In this document: positions 1 through 13,327 of the stretch, in pieces
How the letters are laid out: every line of letters begins with the position of its first letter
Numbering within the stretch: position 1 is the first letter of the stretch
Assembly: GCA_951406725.2 (NCBI GenBank)
Contig: OX597834.1
Coordinates: 5,208,001 to 5,272,000, forward strand
Length of the DNA stretch: 64,000 bases
Source of the DNA: Octopus vulgaris
Taxonomy: Eukaryota
Direction of reading: 5' to 3'
Notes under the pieces: model-generated
Database searches by the model: none
The model's input: only the letters and a program-made list of their open reading frames with translations
What the model was told of the DNA's origin: nothing
Translations under genes and position numbers: made by a program

Positions 1-239
1 ATAAGTTGAATAATAAATGCAATATCCCTGGATAATAACCTTAGGTTTGAATATATTTGATTTGGGGTTTGGTTGGACAGAAATGATTTCAGGAACAAAC
101 AACAACAGCAACGATATTTTGGTGCCCCTATACTATACAAGCAACTGTAGTGCTCTTAGTTTTTGGTACTAGAATATCAATTCCATCTCGCCTCACATGA
201 CCCCACTATCCAGCTAGAAAAATCAGTGTTACTGTTATT

Positions 240-654
240 TATTTCTTTATTGCCCACAAGGGGCTAAACATAGAGGGGACAAGCAAGGACAGACAAAGAG
301 ATTAAGTCGATTATATCGACCCCAGTACGTAACTGGTACTTAATTTATCGACCCCGAAAGGATGAAAGGCAAAGTCAACCTTGGCGCAATTTGAATTCAG
401 AACGTAACGGCAGACGAAATGCCTATTTCTTTACTACCCACAATGGGCTAAACACAGAGAGGACAAACAAGGACAGACAAACGGATTAAGTCGATTATAT
501 CGACCCCAGTGCGTAACTGGTACTTATTTAATTGACCCTGAAAGGATGAAAGGCAAAGTCGACCTCGGCGGAATTTGAACTCAGAACGTAGCGGCAGACG
601 AAATACTGCTAAGCATTTAACCCGGTGTGCTAACGATTCTGCCAGCTCACCGCC
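240..654 (-). mobile_element. SINE family A (tRNA-derived, Deu/Nin-like central domain), tandem-dimer form
   Basis: Minus strand has A-box-like GAGCTGGCAGAATCG, B-box GAGTTCAAATTCC, then GGTCGACTTTGCCTTTCATCCTTTC resembling the Deu/Nin SINE domain. The 3' part is duplicated. Decayed 19-bp TSD at 221-239 / 658-676 (2 mismatches). Confidence 0.9.
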
Positions 655-1013
655 TTTAATCAGTCTTTCTGTTATTGGAGACAGATATATATATATTTTG
701 ATCATGCAATGTGCGTTTAAACAATGGATATTAATAATTGCATGGCAAGATGTTTTTATCATCCACTAACATAAATATTGCGTTATAGGAAGAAAAGAAA
801 AGTCTAACAGGCCACATATATTGTGTAACTTAGTGGAAGGCATGTTTTATGGAAGTAGTGAAATTGTCATAGAAATATCTATAAGACATTTGGGATTCTC
901 TCCATACTCAAAATTTTAGCTACAGCTATCTCCCTACAGGAGTCTGAGTCGGATATCAACCGCACCAATCTCAGAATCTTCGGAAGATCTGGAAATGTTA
1001 TTTTTGTCAAGCA

Positions 1014-1236
1014 TACTCTCTTTTACTCTTTTACTTGTTTCAGTCATTTGACTGCGGCCATGCTGGAGCACCGCCTTTAATCCAGCAACTCGACCCCGAA
1101 ACTTATTCTTTTCTAAGCCCAGTACTTATTCTATCAGTCTCTTTTGCCGAACTGTTAAGTAACGGCGACATAGACACACCAGCATCGGTTGTCAAGCAAT
1201 GCTAGGGGTACAAACACAGACACACAAACACACACA

Positions 1237-1274
<38 letters not shown>

Positions 1275-1438
1275 CATACGACGGGCTTCTTTCAGTTTCC
1301 GTCTACCAAATCCACTCACAAGGCTTTGGTCGGCTCGAGGCTATAGCAGAAGACACTTGCCCAAGGTGCCACGCAGTGGGACTGAACCCGGAACCTTGTG
1401 GTTGGTAAGAAAGCTACTTACCACACAGCCACTCCTGC
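1014..1438 (-). mobile_element. SINE family B (tRNA-derived, CORE-like, internal (TA)/(TG) tract)
   Basis: Head GCAGGAGTGGCTGTGTGG, B-box GGTTCAGTCCC, CORE-like ACCTTGGGCAAGT, tail GGCGGTGCTCCAGCATGGCCGCAGTCAAATGACTGAAAC. About 20 copies in the window. Confidence 0.92.
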
Positions 1439-1899
1439 ATGATCTTTTTTTTTTATATGTATTCCAGTTTTTCAACCAAATTCGAGATCTAGCCACAGAA
1501 TTTTACTGTGTTCAGTATTGAATATGCGACTTGAAATATAATTCTCAGGCCAGAAGCAGTATGATGTACCAATGCTAACTTTGAATTACAGTTACGCATA
1601 ATTTCCAAGTATCTAATTTTCCTGACACGAATATGGATCGCCCCGAGGTTTATGACAAAAGGTAACTTGCTCAAGATACCAAGTAGTTGAAGTGAACTCG
1701 ACACCTCGTGATTGCAAAGTTTGTTTCAAAAGCCATCGACTTTGCCTGTTCCATCTTTTGATTACATATAAACGCATACAATTTTATAAATACCTGCCTC
1801 TTTAAACGGAAACAAAAACTAATTATGAAGATAATCTGAGTCAAGAAGATAATTTATTTGAGAAACATCTGACACCTATAATATTTTTTCTGGAAGATC

Positions 1900-2090
1900 A
1901 ACAATTGAGTTGGTTCTTCTGTTTACAAGAATATATCAGTCAAATTTCCCTTACAGCTACAATCAGATATTGAGGAATCAGGTGTAGGTCTTCGAGTAAG
2001 GATGAGTGTTATGAAACTATTCAAATACTTTCTCTGGATGTAAACACTGTACCATGTAAATATGATAGGAAAAGGAACGTTTTGATAATA
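1900..2090 (-). mobile_element. possible very degenerate Penelope-like RT fragment
   Basis: Minus strand reads IFTW..VYIQ...LNSF..LILTRRPTPDSSI, loosely like the PLE RT motif-A region. Weak. Confidence 0.25.
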
Positions 2091-2153
2091 CTTTTTCAAT
2101 TCTTATTGTAAAAAATAACACTGAATCTGATAAAAGTATTAGCCTCACAAACA

Positions 2154-2156
<3 letters not shown>

Positions 2157-2231
<75 letters not shown>

Positions 2232-2254
2232 TGTGTGTGTGTGTGTGTTTGTGT
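2157..2254. repeat. compound (TG)n(AG)n(TG)n microsatellite
   Basis: Seen directly. Confidence 0.97.
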
Positions 2255-2324
2255 GCACTTCTAGGTGTGATCAATAAATTTTACGAGGAAATTGTGTTTT
2301 GTCGAATATAGGCCTGCCTGTGAT

Positions 2325-2530
2325 ATTGGTTTCAAATTTTGGTACAAGACCAGCAATTTCACGGTTGTGGTTAAGTCGATTACATCGACCCCACTGCTCA
2401 ACTGGTACTTATTTTATCGATACCGGGTGTGGTGGGGGATGAAAGTAAAAGTCGACCCTAACGTCATTTGAACTCAGAACGTAGAGACAGACGAAACTCG
2501 GCGTGCAAACGATTCTGCCACCCTGCCGTC
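2325..2530 (-). mobile_element. SINE family A, alternative-tail subtype (A2)
   Basis: A body, but the tail is AAATTGCTGGTCTTGTACCAAAATTTGAAACCAAT instead of the A1 tail. Confidence 0.85.
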
Positions 2531-2644
2531 TTACAAGCCTCCCATATTAAATAAAACTATTAAACAATTATAGCATGCAAATTAGCAGTTTCGGTTCTAT
2601 GAAACTATTAGGTTTAATGAGTTTATGTACGGATTGGCTACCTG

Positions 2645-2690
2645 TATCTCTGATAAGACCCTAACGAGAGTCGAAAACCTATTAAAGCTG
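2645..2690 (+). ncRNA. degenerate hammerhead-like motif (PLE relic)
   Basis: CTGATAA-GAC...GTC-GAAA-ACCTAT-TA. Stem II present; core has G8>A; stem I poor. Confidence 0.35.
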
Positions 2691-2818
2691 ATCATTATTC
2701 AATCAGTAGCGAAATAGGTAAATTTGTAGGTCGACTGCGTAGGCTCACATGCAACTAATTTTATATAAGATAACCGGAATCATGCGTTGAACTTCACCAA
2801 TCAGCGAATGGGAAAATA

Positions 2819-3017
2819 ATGGTTTCATATTTTGGCACAAGACCAGCAGTTCTGAGAGGGGTGGTTAAGTCGATTACATCGACTCCAGTGCATAACTGGT
2901 ACTTGTTTTATCGACACCGAATGGGATGAAAGGCAAATTCAACCTCGGCGGAATTTGAACGCAGAACGTAAAGAGGGGCGAAATGCCGCTTAGCTAACGG
3001 TTCTGCCAGCTAGCCAC
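2819..3017 (-). mobile_element. SINE family A (A2 tail)
   Basis: Homologous to the other A copies. Confidence 0.85.
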
Positions 3018-3018
3018 C

Positions 3019-3036
3019 ATAATAATAATAATGATG

Positions 3037-3106
<70 letters not shown>

Positions 3107-3113
3107 TAATAAA

Positions 3114-3178
<65 letters not shown>

Positions 3179-3213
3179 GAAGAAGAAGAAGAAGAAGAAG
3201 GAGAAGAAGAAGA
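3019..3213. repeat. (TAA)n followed by (GAA)n
   Basis: Seen directly; explains the poly-I and poly-Y ORFs. Confidence 0.97.
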
Positions 3214-3231
3214 AGCCTTTCTGGTAGTCTG

Positions 3232-3420
3232 AAATTGTTTGGGAGGGGACAAATTGATTACATTAACCCCCAGTGTTTCACTGGTACTTATTTTACCGAC
3301 TCCGAAGGGGACGAAAGGCAAATTCAACCTCGGCAGAATTTGAACTCAGAACGTAAAAACGGACAAAATGCCGCCAAGTATTATGCCCGGTGTGCTAACC
3401 ATTCTTCGAGCTGGCCGCCT
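3232..3420 (-). mobile_element. SINE family A, diverged
   Basis: Homologous to the other A copies. Confidence 0.8.
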
Positions 3421-4849
3421 TTTCAGCATATGTGGAAAATAATACAATGGGTTTTCATGATCTAAATAGTGTAGAATATTTGTTACTAGCGGAATTAATA
3501 GTAAACCTATTGAGTTATTCCTGAAAACTTTATCCATAAAAGCTGAAGGCGTGGCCTGTATTCTGTCTGTATCAAAAGATAGTCACTCATCTGTGAGTCA
3601 TTGAAAAGTGAAGGAAACTGGAATACGATAACTTAATGCATTTTATATATACTCTTTATATACTTTATGCGCACTATTATAGACTTAATACACAACACTC
3701 ATAGAATAAATATTCACTCTTATTTTTTCCATTTCCCCCATAAACAGGAAAAATTACGTTTTAAAATATACATGGTCACAATTTCATATCTAGAAAAACA
3801 AAAGTTTTAAGGTAAAAAATGATTTTATATGTAAAACGTAGGGTCACAATTTCACAGGGGTAAAAATTTAATGCAACATGGTATATTTTGAAAACAAATC
3901 GTTGGTAACTTATAAGCCAAGGCGATGCGTCAGGGCCGGTACACATTTCAATCTGCGTACACCTTACAGTACCGCCCCCATCATCACCACCATCGCTATC
4001 TCTCTCTCTTTTTCTCTTTTTATCTCTCTTTCTCCTCTCTCTCTCTCTCTCACTCCCTTTCTCTATACCTTTCTTTAATCTCACCATCAGAACATCATCC
4101 TTCTGCTAAAATTATATTCCTAAATCTCCTCTATATCACTACCTTCAACTAACTTTTCTAACCACGTAATAAATATTACGCTCCCCCTAGCACATGTCAT
4201 GGGTGCTTCTTTCCCCGTCTTTTCTATCTCTCTTTCTGCTGCACTCTTCACCTTATCCTCTTTTTCTTTCTCTCTCTTTTCCTTCTCCCTCTTTTTCTCT
4301 AATCACGTGAAAGTGTTACCGACGGGCTAAGTAACGTAATGCTAAGCAGAATTATTATAAGATACATTGAAGGGGAAAATTTTGAAATTCTCAATGAACA
4401 TTTAATTCAAATATCGGCAAGTTGATATTTGTTCTTTGGTTGTGTTTATGATTGGTGAATGATGCTGAGCTTCTCTGTGAAGAAGAGGCCGGAGGAATTT
4501 TAATTTGTTCTCAGATGCCTGTATCTTATAAGACACTGTCAGTAATGTTGACAGCCTTTCCTTTTTCTTGTGATTCAAAATGCTCTTTGAATGTGTGGCA
4601 GTAATAGCAACACCATTTCGGTAGGGATTGGTTTTCTTCTGGTATTAGTGATTGAGAAAGCACACACATATCAACAAGCACATTCACACCCATACATAGA
4701 CGCACATACATTTATCTACTCATATTAATGTACATAGTTATATCGTTGGATTCTCCATCACAAGTAACCCCCTCCATGCAGACGTGGAGATGGAAAAAGA
4801 TAGGTTTAGGGAAATAGAATAATAATTATAATTTTTATACACTAATCCA

Positions 4850-5172
4850 TCAGGAAAATGCCAATCTGACGCGGTGGTTACACCTTGGAATTTTCTGATC
4901 ATGTTTGTTTACCAGATTTTCATTACTCAGCAGTATACTCAATGCTTCCTCAGGGCAAAGGTCACATTTGTCAGATAGCGAATTACATGGGTGTTCCTTT
5001 TTTATTCGACTATTCCATTTGGTATCTAATTTTTGATTCTTTCAGTCTCCATATGATGTCTGCCAGTGAGGTCGCGTGTCATCTATTTATTTTTCGGAAT
5101 GACGAGATGTGGTTTCCATAACGGATTTCGAATTGGGTTTCTATGGCACCTATGTGCACGTATTTATGTGGG
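4850..5172 (-). mobile_element. Penelope-like element, GIY-YIG endonuclease C-terminal remnant
   Basis: Translates HIGAIETQFEIRYGNHISSFRK..*HATSLADIIWRLKE, then after a frameshift CNSLSDKCDLCPEEALSIL...LVNK...CNH. Matches the PLE pattern YIG-T-FK-RY-NH-SFR...CxLC-E-LNK-CRH. Confidence 0.8.
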
Positions 5173-5174
5173 GA

Positions 5175-5590
5175 TACTCTTTTTACTCTTTTACTTGTTT
5201 CAGTCATTTGACTGCGGCCATGCTGGAGCACCGCCTTTAGTCGAGCAAATCGACCCCGGGACTTATTCTTTGTAAGCCCAGTACTTATTCTATCGGTCTC
5301 TTTTGCCGAACCGCTAAGTGACGGGGACGTAAACACACCAGCATCGGTTGTCAAGCAATGCTTGGGGGACAAACACAGACACACAAACATATACACACAC
5401 ATACATACATAAATATATATACATATATACGACAGGCTTCTTTCAGTTTCCGTCTACCAAATCCACTCACAAGGCTTTGGTTGGCCCGAGGCTATAGCAG
5501 AAGACACTTGCCCAAGGTGCCACGCAGTGGGACTGAACCAGGAACCATGTGGTTAGTAAGCAAGCTACTTACCACACAGCCACTCCTGCC
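5175..5590 (-). mobile_element. SINE family B, full length
   Basis: All B modules present. Confidence 0.93.
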
Positions 5591-5749
5591 CCTGGGATGT
5601 GGAGATTATGCATTTATATACTGTTTGGGGGGTGAGGGTGGGGGGGACACATTGGTTCAAGAAACGTGCTCCACTGCCGTGCATTAAATAATCTTGTACA
5701 TCCTATGGAAGCTATAGCTTAACAGAACATGTCACTTGAATAAACTTCC

Positions 5750-6050
5750 TTTGAGGCTTGTCTTTGCAGCATATTAGTTTGCGTTGGATATTTCGGTTTT
5801 ATCACATCTTGCCACTTGTTATGTCATTTATCTGTTTCTACATTTTCCCTTGCTTTCTCCATTTCCTTCAACTTTTTTCTTCTACAGATTCTTTCCGTGT
5901 GCGTTATTTGACACTTCGTCAGCCAAATGTCATCATTCATAAGCATTACATGATGTACCAGCGCAAGCTTTTCTTTCAAATATATATTTTAAGCATTTAC
6001 CATAAACGTTTTCGTTGTCAAAACAACTTACATCAAGGAATTCTGTTGCC
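5750..6050 (-). mobile_element. old RTE-clade LINE 3' ORF fragment
   Basis: KLALVHHVMLMNDDIWLTKCQITHTERICRR resembles the RTE C-terminus (RLxWFGHVMRMxxDxxxKKC...GxCxRGR) seen better at 52.5-52.75 kb. Confidence 0.55.
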
Positions 6051-6340
6051 TACTACAATCGGTAATGCTTGCTTAGAGTTAAACACAAATGACAGATTTT
6101 GATTCTGTTACAACATAGAACAAATTTAATCAACAGAATCAGTGATGTAGCTAATAGGGAAGCAAAGACAGCGAGCAATCTACCCCAGCACATTCTTCAT
6201 AATTGGTGCCTTTTCAACATTGAGAAATGAGTTTGGTGAAATGTTTGGTGTGTGTCACTGCACCTTTTTTATGTTCTCGCTCCCCCCTAACTTTAGAACC
6301 TGGCTATACCCCTGAATACAACATTTAAGTAGTATTTTTT

Positions 6341-6731
6341 TTACTCTTTTACTCTTTTACTTGTTTCAGTCATTTGACTGCGGCCATGCTGGAGCACCGC
6401 CTTTAATCGAGCAATTCGACCCCGGGACTTATTCTTTTGTAAGCCCAGTACTTATTCTATCGGTCACTTTTGCCGAACCGCTAAGTGACGGGGACATAAG
6501 CACACCAACATCGGTTGTCAAGCAATGCTAGGGGGACAAACACACACGCATATATATATATATTTACATATATACGACGGGCTTCTTTCAGTTTCCTTCT
6601 ACCAAATCCACTCACAAGGCTTTGGTCGGCCCGAGGCTATAGTAGAAGACACTTGCCCAAGGTGCCACGCAGTGGGACTGAACCTGGAACCATGTGATTG
6701 GTAAACAAGCTACTTACCACACAGCCACTCC
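6341..6731 (-). mobile_element. SINE family B
   Basis: All B modules present. Confidence 0.92.
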
Positions 6732-6859
6732 ATATATGTATTAGTTATATAAAATATATAGATATAAGGATACTGAATGTACATAAACATTAATTGAAAT
6801 TGTATTCGTTGAATGAACATCTTGTGTAACCATGACAGACGTTCTACTGTTGGGTCATG

Positions 6860-7085
6860 GCAATCTTTCGAATTTCTCAATCCATTTTCAGAGGTTTGTT
6901 CTTTTCAGCGAGAATGGCATGATGTTTATTTTACAAGAATTCAGAAACTCTGAGAAATGAAAATATTTCGATCTTAAATGTAGAAGTCGAAGTAAATGAA
7001 GCCATAAATTATAACGTGTAAATATTGTGCTGAAAGAAACATGGATAGAAAAAGTTGAAGGCTGTCCGTGGGACTCGAACATCTA
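6860..7085 (-). mobile_element. possible degenerate PLE GIY-YIG C-terminus
   Basis: HGQ...HFSEFLNSCKINIMPF...*KWIEKF resembles the PLE endonuclease end. Confidence 0.35.
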
Positions 7086-7174
7086 TAAACACGACAGTTG
7101 TGAATGTGTGAGTGTATAAAAAGTATATACTTACTGTTTATAATTATACTATGTGTTACACATATATTATATCA

Positions 7175-7465
7175 TACCTTGATACCTTGTGGACTAACAT
7201 CCCCGTTGACAGGACGCTGGTATTTATAGAGTGTTAATCACTTTCGGTAGGCAAATTAGGGACTCCTTCCTAGAGTAACTGCTGCATTTGTTAAGTATAT
7301 AAACAGCTTGGCTGTTTGTTCGTTTTGAGACTATCAGAATACTGTAGATTCCTGTGATGGGGACCCAGTCAGGTTCGAAAATCGATTAAGGTTATTCATC
7401 ATTTTTTTTTCAGTCTACGGAGAAATGGCTAAAATTTGCCCTGTTTATAATTACATCATATGTTA
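7175..7465 (+). mobile_element. internally deleted Penelope-like element (RT remnant plus hammerhead-like terminal repeat)
   Basis: 7181-7231 translates DTLWTNIPVDRTLVFIE (PLE RT SLFTNIPV motif). 7351-7391 has hammerhead topology: cct/agg, GGACC/GGTTC, GAAA, palindromic AATCGATT. Ends at a (TA)n tract. Confidence 0.55.
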
Positions 7466-7697
7466 CATAAATATATATATATATATATACACGATGCGTA
7501 TAAAGAGTGAAATATAATCGATCCAAAGTAGACTGTGATTTCGTTGTCTTCCTTCTTTTTTACCATATACGGGTTACAAATACGGTTGTTTGTGGAGACT
7601 TATTTTTGTAGTAATAGTAATGGTAACCTATTTGGCTGCTATTTCTAATATTTTCGGTATGTGGTTTAAGCAACTTGTTGCAAATAACCCTTTATTA

Positions 7698-7755
<58 letters not shown>

Positions 7756-8569
7756 AAAGAAAGAGACAGACAGCCAAACAAACAAAGAGATAGATAGATC
7801 GTGCTTTGCTACAGCAGCGAGTTTAATATCAGCAGAAAACGAACGAAAGAAAAGCTATATTGTCTTTTTATGTGTTACTTTATTTTTTTAAGAATTGCTC
7901 CTAGTTAGAGAGAGACTATTAATTTTGCATCCAAGAAAGAAAAAAGTATTTGTTGACACATTTCTGTCCTGTTCTGATTCAGCTAAATGAAAAATAACAA
8001 TAAAATTTTTGAACAGCTGTAGCAGAAAATAAATAAATAATATTCCCTCATTAATCAACTGATAGTAAAAGAGTTTAGCACAATTCGGTGTTCACCAACA
8101 TCATTTTAACCTTTAACATAATAAAAAGAAAAGAATGGTTTCGTGAAATGGCAATACATAAATTTCAGAATTGTATGTCTGCTAATTTAGATATATATGG
8201 ATTGTTAATGAGCGCTATTTGGTTGAGATCGATGAAACACTGCTTCTAATTAAGTCACATATATTCACTTGCATGATTTGCTAATCTCATTAACCTGTGT
8301 TATGACATTTGCCAAACCACTGGGAAACTTTTTGAAGATTTTTATGAATTTCAGCTGATTAGAATTTTCTAAAAATAACTTCATTACCGAATTCCCTACG
8401 GTATGTGAGTGTGTCTGCGTCAGGTTTTGTATGTATGGCGATGTATAATGTAACAGATCTATACGAAGCACACATAAATATAAATTTAGGCCATCCACTA
8501 TAATCCTGTTCCTAATTAAATAAGGCTGCTTTGAATTTTGGAAATACATAATAATAAAAATCATTCTTT

Positions 8570-8700
8570 CTACTATAGGTAGAACACCTGAAATTTGTGG
8601 GGAGTGTATTATCAAATTGTATCAATCTCAGTGCTGAATTGGCACTCATTTTATCGACCCCGAAATGATAAAAGGCAAAGTTGACTTTGACGAAATTTGT
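8570..8700 (-). mobile_element. SINE family A, degenerate partial
   Basis: TTTATCGACCCCGAAATGATAAAAGGCAAAGTTGAC core. Confidence 0.7.
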
Positions 8701-8865
8701 TTAGATAAACAAGAATAATATAAGAATATACGTAAAGTATCATCTCACTTGAAACATGAATTCATCTTTTTTATACTGTTTAACTGACGTAACCCATGAA
8801 AATCTGGCCACTAAATAAATGACACAAAACATAAATTCATAAAATCATGGATGATTTCTTTATAT

Positions 8866-8975
8866 CAGTGGTTCTCAACGGGGGTCCAGATAGGATTTCG
8901 GCGTTAACATTCCTGTGAAATAAATTGGTTATACTGCTACAATACAGAAAATATTTTCACATATTTTGATACAAT
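8866..8975 (+). mobile_element. hAT-type MITE 5' end
   Basis: Starts CAGTGGTTCTCAAC, a typical hAT/Charlie terminus; matching 3' end not found. Confidence 0.4.
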
Positions 8976-8976
8976 A

Positions 8977-9388
8977 GGCGCAGGAGTGGCTGTGTGGAAA
9001 GTAGCTTGTTTACCAACCACATGGTTCCGGGTTCAGTCCCACTGCGTGGAACCTTGGGCAAGTGTCTTCTACTATAGCCTCGGGCCGACTAAAGCCTTGT
9101 AAGTGGATTTGGTAGACGGAAACTGAAAGAAGCCTGTCGTATATATGTATGTATATATATATATATGTGCGTGAGTGTGTTTGTGTGTCTGTGTTTGTCC
9201 CCTAGCATTACTTGACAACCGATGCTGGTGTGTTTATGTCCCCGTTACTTAGCGGTTCGGCAAAAGATACCGATAGAATAAGTACTGGGCTTAGAAAAGA
9301 ATAAGTCCCGGGGTCGATTTGCTTGATTAAAGGCGGTGCTCCAGCATGGCCGCAGTCAAATGACTGAAACAAGTAAAAGATTAAAGAT
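8977..9388 (+). mobile_element. SINE family B, full length
   Basis: All B modules present. Confidence 0.93.
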
Positions 9389-9447
9389 TAATTCCCAAGA
9401 ATATTTAAGACACTTCACTTGCACAGTATATCTGTGATGGACTCTGT

Positions 9448-9545
9448 CGGCCAAATCCACTCACATGGCTTTGGTCGGTCTGAGGCTATAGTAGAAGACA
9501 ATTTCCCCAGTTACCACGCAGTAGGACTGAACCCAGAACCATGCT
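9448..9545 (-). mobile_element. SINE family B fragment
   Basis: CCAAATCCACTCAC...GGACTGAACCCAGAACCATG. Confidence 0.75.
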
Positions 9546-10011
9546 CGTTATTAATAACAGCAATATGGCTAACGAGAACCACTTCACGGAAATGTTGTTC
9601 TACGTAGTAAATATAAATATACGCGTGACATTGATACTATAGTGATCAAGATAGATTATCCAAGCGATTAACAATCAAAAGCACCCACGACCAAGATTGA
9701 AAAATATACACAATACGATATCGAATGAATTTGGTGTTCAAAACCGCTTGTTGAATACAGCAGACATTTTTCAGCTTTGTTAGACCGTTTAACGAAACAT
9801 GTTTCACAATGTCGGCAACACTAAATCAAACTGCCCAAACATATTTTCTTTATTCTACAAGTATTACTATTGTTGCAAATACTGCGTCTAATGTATTTTA
9901 AAACTGTATATATATTTCCAATTAACGTATACAAAGCTTGTTCGACAGATAACTGAATACATTCACAAACGTGCATTGATACAAGTATATGTATGCGTGT
10001 TCATAAGAGTA

Positions 10012-10044
<33 letters not shown>

Positions 10045-10402
10045 GTAAAGTGTAACAGTGTATACTTACATACATACATACGTATATACATACATACATG
10101 TGTGTATCTATGTAGGTGGTACTTGCATCAAAGAATGTTTGCAGAGATTGCTATATACTTAGATTTTTGTCGTAAACTAAAATATCAACAATCAATTCAC
10201 ATCGTATTCAACCAAGATAGATCTGTTTATTTGCAGCATCATTTATGTAAATTGCATTCTTACACATATACTGCCAAGTGATTGCATCAGCACAGGTTAA
10301 TCACAAATCAATAACATTTTGCCATTTAAACTAAACAGTTAGTTAGAGAGCATATCAATATAGTTATCCCTCTCTTTCTCTCTCTCTCTCTCTATCTCTC
10401 TC

Positions 10403-10468
<66 letters not shown>

Positions 10469-10556
10469 AACATACATACACAAACATTTCGCTTTGAATA
10501 TGTATATAAGACCAAGTTTGTATATGTTTGTCTATCTCTCACTTTTGTATGTGGCT

Positions 10557-10635
10557 ACCACCACCTCCTCCACAGCCACCACCTCCTCCACAGCCACCAC
10601 CTCCTCCACAGCCACCACCTCCTCCACAGCCACCC
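10557..10635. repeat. 18-bp minisatellite (CACCTCCTCCACAGCCAC) x~4
   Basis: Seen directly. Confidence 0.9.
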
Positions 10636-10751
10636 CAGTTGTGACTCTTTGAGTCTTTCTATAATGCGCTCTCATCATTCTCCTCATTCAGTTTTGTTTC
10701 CTCAAGTCTTTGCCTTCCTACCTCTCTCTCACTCTCTCACAACTTTTCTCA

Positions 10752-10834
<83 letters not shown>

Positions 10835-11002
10835 CATCCATCCATCTATCTTTTTTGTTTCTTTTGTTTTTTGTTTTTTGTTTTTCTTCATCCCCCAAAA
10901 GAAAAGCTCTACCTTGTAACTTGTCCCATCTGTGTGCAGCCCTGTGTGGCCAATAAAGAAACTTATCTATCTATCTATCTATCAATCTATTCATCCATCT
11001 AC

Positions 11003-11075
<73 letters not shown>

Positions 11076-11138
11076 CATCCATCCATCTATCTTTCTGTCT
11101 ACCTATCTATCCATCTATCTATCTATCTTTCTGTCTAC

Positions 11139-11205
<67 letters not shown>

Positions 11206-11218
11206 CCTATCTATCTAT
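10752..11218. repeat. (ATCT)n arrays with a short interruption
   Basis: Seen directly; source of the YLSI ORFs. Confidence 0.95.
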
Positions 11219-11828
11219 TTGTGCATAGCACAATATGCAGTGAATGCAGAGCTGCTGCTGTTTATCTTATTTTAATTAATGAGGTAGAATGAAAGAATCT
11301 TGTGGATACGGGTTCAAACTACCTTCAGAACGAATATGCTACAATTTTTCTATAAATGTTGCTGCCATCACAAATGCTACAGAAAATGAGAGAATGCCAC
11401 ATAGAAACATTTTGATTTAAGCAATTCAATAATATTCAATCTATACTAATTGATTTCATCATATCTGTAGATTTTTAGGGCACTTATAGGACGGAAGAAC
11501 TTCCAGTGTAGTAAAAAGCGAGAAGTTTCATGGCTTCTGTATTGACCTCAACAGAAATTCTCCTTGAATGAAAATAACGAATGCACCAAACGATTTCTAA
11601 AGAGGTAAAACTGAGCATCAGTAATACTGAAAATGGACCTAAAATATAGGTTTACAGACGTTTTCTGAATTGCATGCAACTGACGACAAATAATGGAGAA
11701 TTTCTTACTGACCACCCCTAATGACAAAGACATTGAATGTAACTATCAATTTAGGTTTCTGTAATTCAATAAAATTCATTAGAAATGTCATTAAGGGATC
11801 TAACGTTGCAATCTTTTTTCTGACCAAA

Positions 11829-12041
11829 GCGGCGAGTTGTCAGAATCGATATCACGCCGGGCAAAATGCTTAGTGGCACTTTCCCCGTCTTTATGTTTTG
11901 AGTTCAAATTCCGTCGAGGTTGACTCTGCCTTTTATCTTTTCGGGGTCGATAAAATAAGCACTAGTCTAGCACTGGGATCAATATAATCGAATAATCCCT
12001 CCCGCGAATTTACAGGCCTTGTGCCAATATTTGAACCAATA
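11829..12041 (+). mobile_element. SINE family A (A2 tail)
   Basis: Head, B-box, central domain and A2 tail. Confidence 0.85.
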
Positions 12042-12729
12042 TTTGTTCTGGCGAAGGAAAGCAGCTGTCGTGAAGAAACTCAATTTCAGGACAACGTGTC
12101 TTGCAGTAATTATGATCTGAAGCACTTCCGTCTTTCACATTCTTAAAGGTAATTCAGATTTCACTATCTTTATGTCAACTAAGAAAACATTATACGGAGA
12201 TATTTCACTGGAGCATACGCTGACAGTAGGTACAAAGTCCAAATGAAACAACGGTTGCAGCCTTTTCAAAGCTGTTTCAATGTATATAAAATGTGTGTAT
12301 ATTATCTATGTGTATATTGTATTCACCTCAATAGACGTCATTGATTGGTTGAAATTGCCGAAATACGAGAAATTTAACAACAAATAGCTTACAAACTACA
12401 GAATTTTCTCAAGAATACCAAGAGAAAAAGATGTTTTATGTGACACATTCTACCACTAAACGAGGTTTAAAAGTGTTTAGCTACAAAAAATTATTTTTTA
12501 AATCTGCCGGTCAAAGTGAAAAGATCCAAAGTTTGTACTACTTATGTTTTATTCTTGTGTTGCTGAATAATAATGTCCAGTGAAATGAAATCTAATCAGA
12601 AGTTTCTATATCTCCCAAAAGCAAGATTCCCAGACTCCATTTCACCATGCTATCAAAAGAGTTGTGAAGCATCACAATCCCGCTATTTATGTCTCTCTTG
12701 GCTAAAGCACAACATTTTTTTTGTTTTTT

Positions 12730-12952
12730 TATAACCCACAGGGGGCTAAACATAGAGGGGACAAACAAGGACAGACAAAGAGATTAAGACGACTATATCG
12801 ACCCCAGTTCGTAACTGATACTTAATTTATCGACCCCGAAAGGATGAAAGGCAAAGTCGACCTCGGCGGAATTTGAACTCAGAACGTAACGGCAGACGAA
12901 ATACGGCTACGCATTTCGCCCGGCGTGCTAACGGTTCTGCCAGCTCGCCGCC
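12730..12952 (-). mobile_element. SINE family A (A1 tail), monomer
   Basis: Near-consensus copy. Confidence 0.92.
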
Positions 12953-13054
12953 TTCGCACAACATTGAATACTGAGTCCTGATATAACGATGTTCAGAAAG
13001 GTTTAGACTATGGACGGGTACAGATCTAATATATAAACTAAATAAACTATATAT

Positions 13055-13250
13055 TTTATTATTGTGATTAACCATCCAATATGATGGTGCGGATTGCTGA
13101 TGTTTTCTTCAAGTTTTCCATGAAGATTGCTTTCGTTTAGTAATTCCATTACGATGTACACAGCAGATTTCTCCTGATTTTTCTTTAATAGCGATAGCAG
13201 CTGTGTATATGATGGTATTAACATTCCAGTTATTAACATCACATGCTATA
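13055..13250 (-). mobile_element. R4/Dong-like LINE ORF N-terminal fragment
   Basis: NVNTIIYTAAIAIKEKSGEI...KRKQSSWK, frameshift, LEENISNPHHHIGWL. Resembles the R4 pattern N-LIYAAA...P-W--RLE--I--LR--IG-L. Confidence 0.6.
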
Positions 13251-13251
13251 A

Positions 13252-13327
13252 GGTCACTTGAATGGTACTGGTAACATGGAATCCAGTACAACCTGAAGTA
13301 TGGTTGGGTCGTTAGTGACTGAATCAG
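13252..13327 (+). ncRNA. candidate HDV-like ribozyme, degenerate copy
   Basis: Homologous to 48495-48572. P1 GGTCA/TGGTT, P3 AC/GT, L3 with CC, GG, P4, C at 13319. P2 3' strand mutated. Confidence 0.45.

Noticed and set aside
1189-1521. Recurring peptide SFSFRLPNPLTRLWSARGYSRRHLPKVPRSGTEPG that looks like a gene family
   Set aside because: Antisense read-through of SINE B; the DNA has Pol III boxes, tails and TSDs.
3010-3465. Poly-I/poly-Y ORFs, and the similar YI, HT, VC, YLSI, poly-M and poly-H ORFs elsewhere
   Set aside because: Translations of microsatellites that lack stop codons; no coding evidence.
5840-5900. Strong-looking splice acceptor (pyrimidine tract + CTACAG at 5888)
   Set aside because: It is the antisense of a purine-rich RTE coding remnant.
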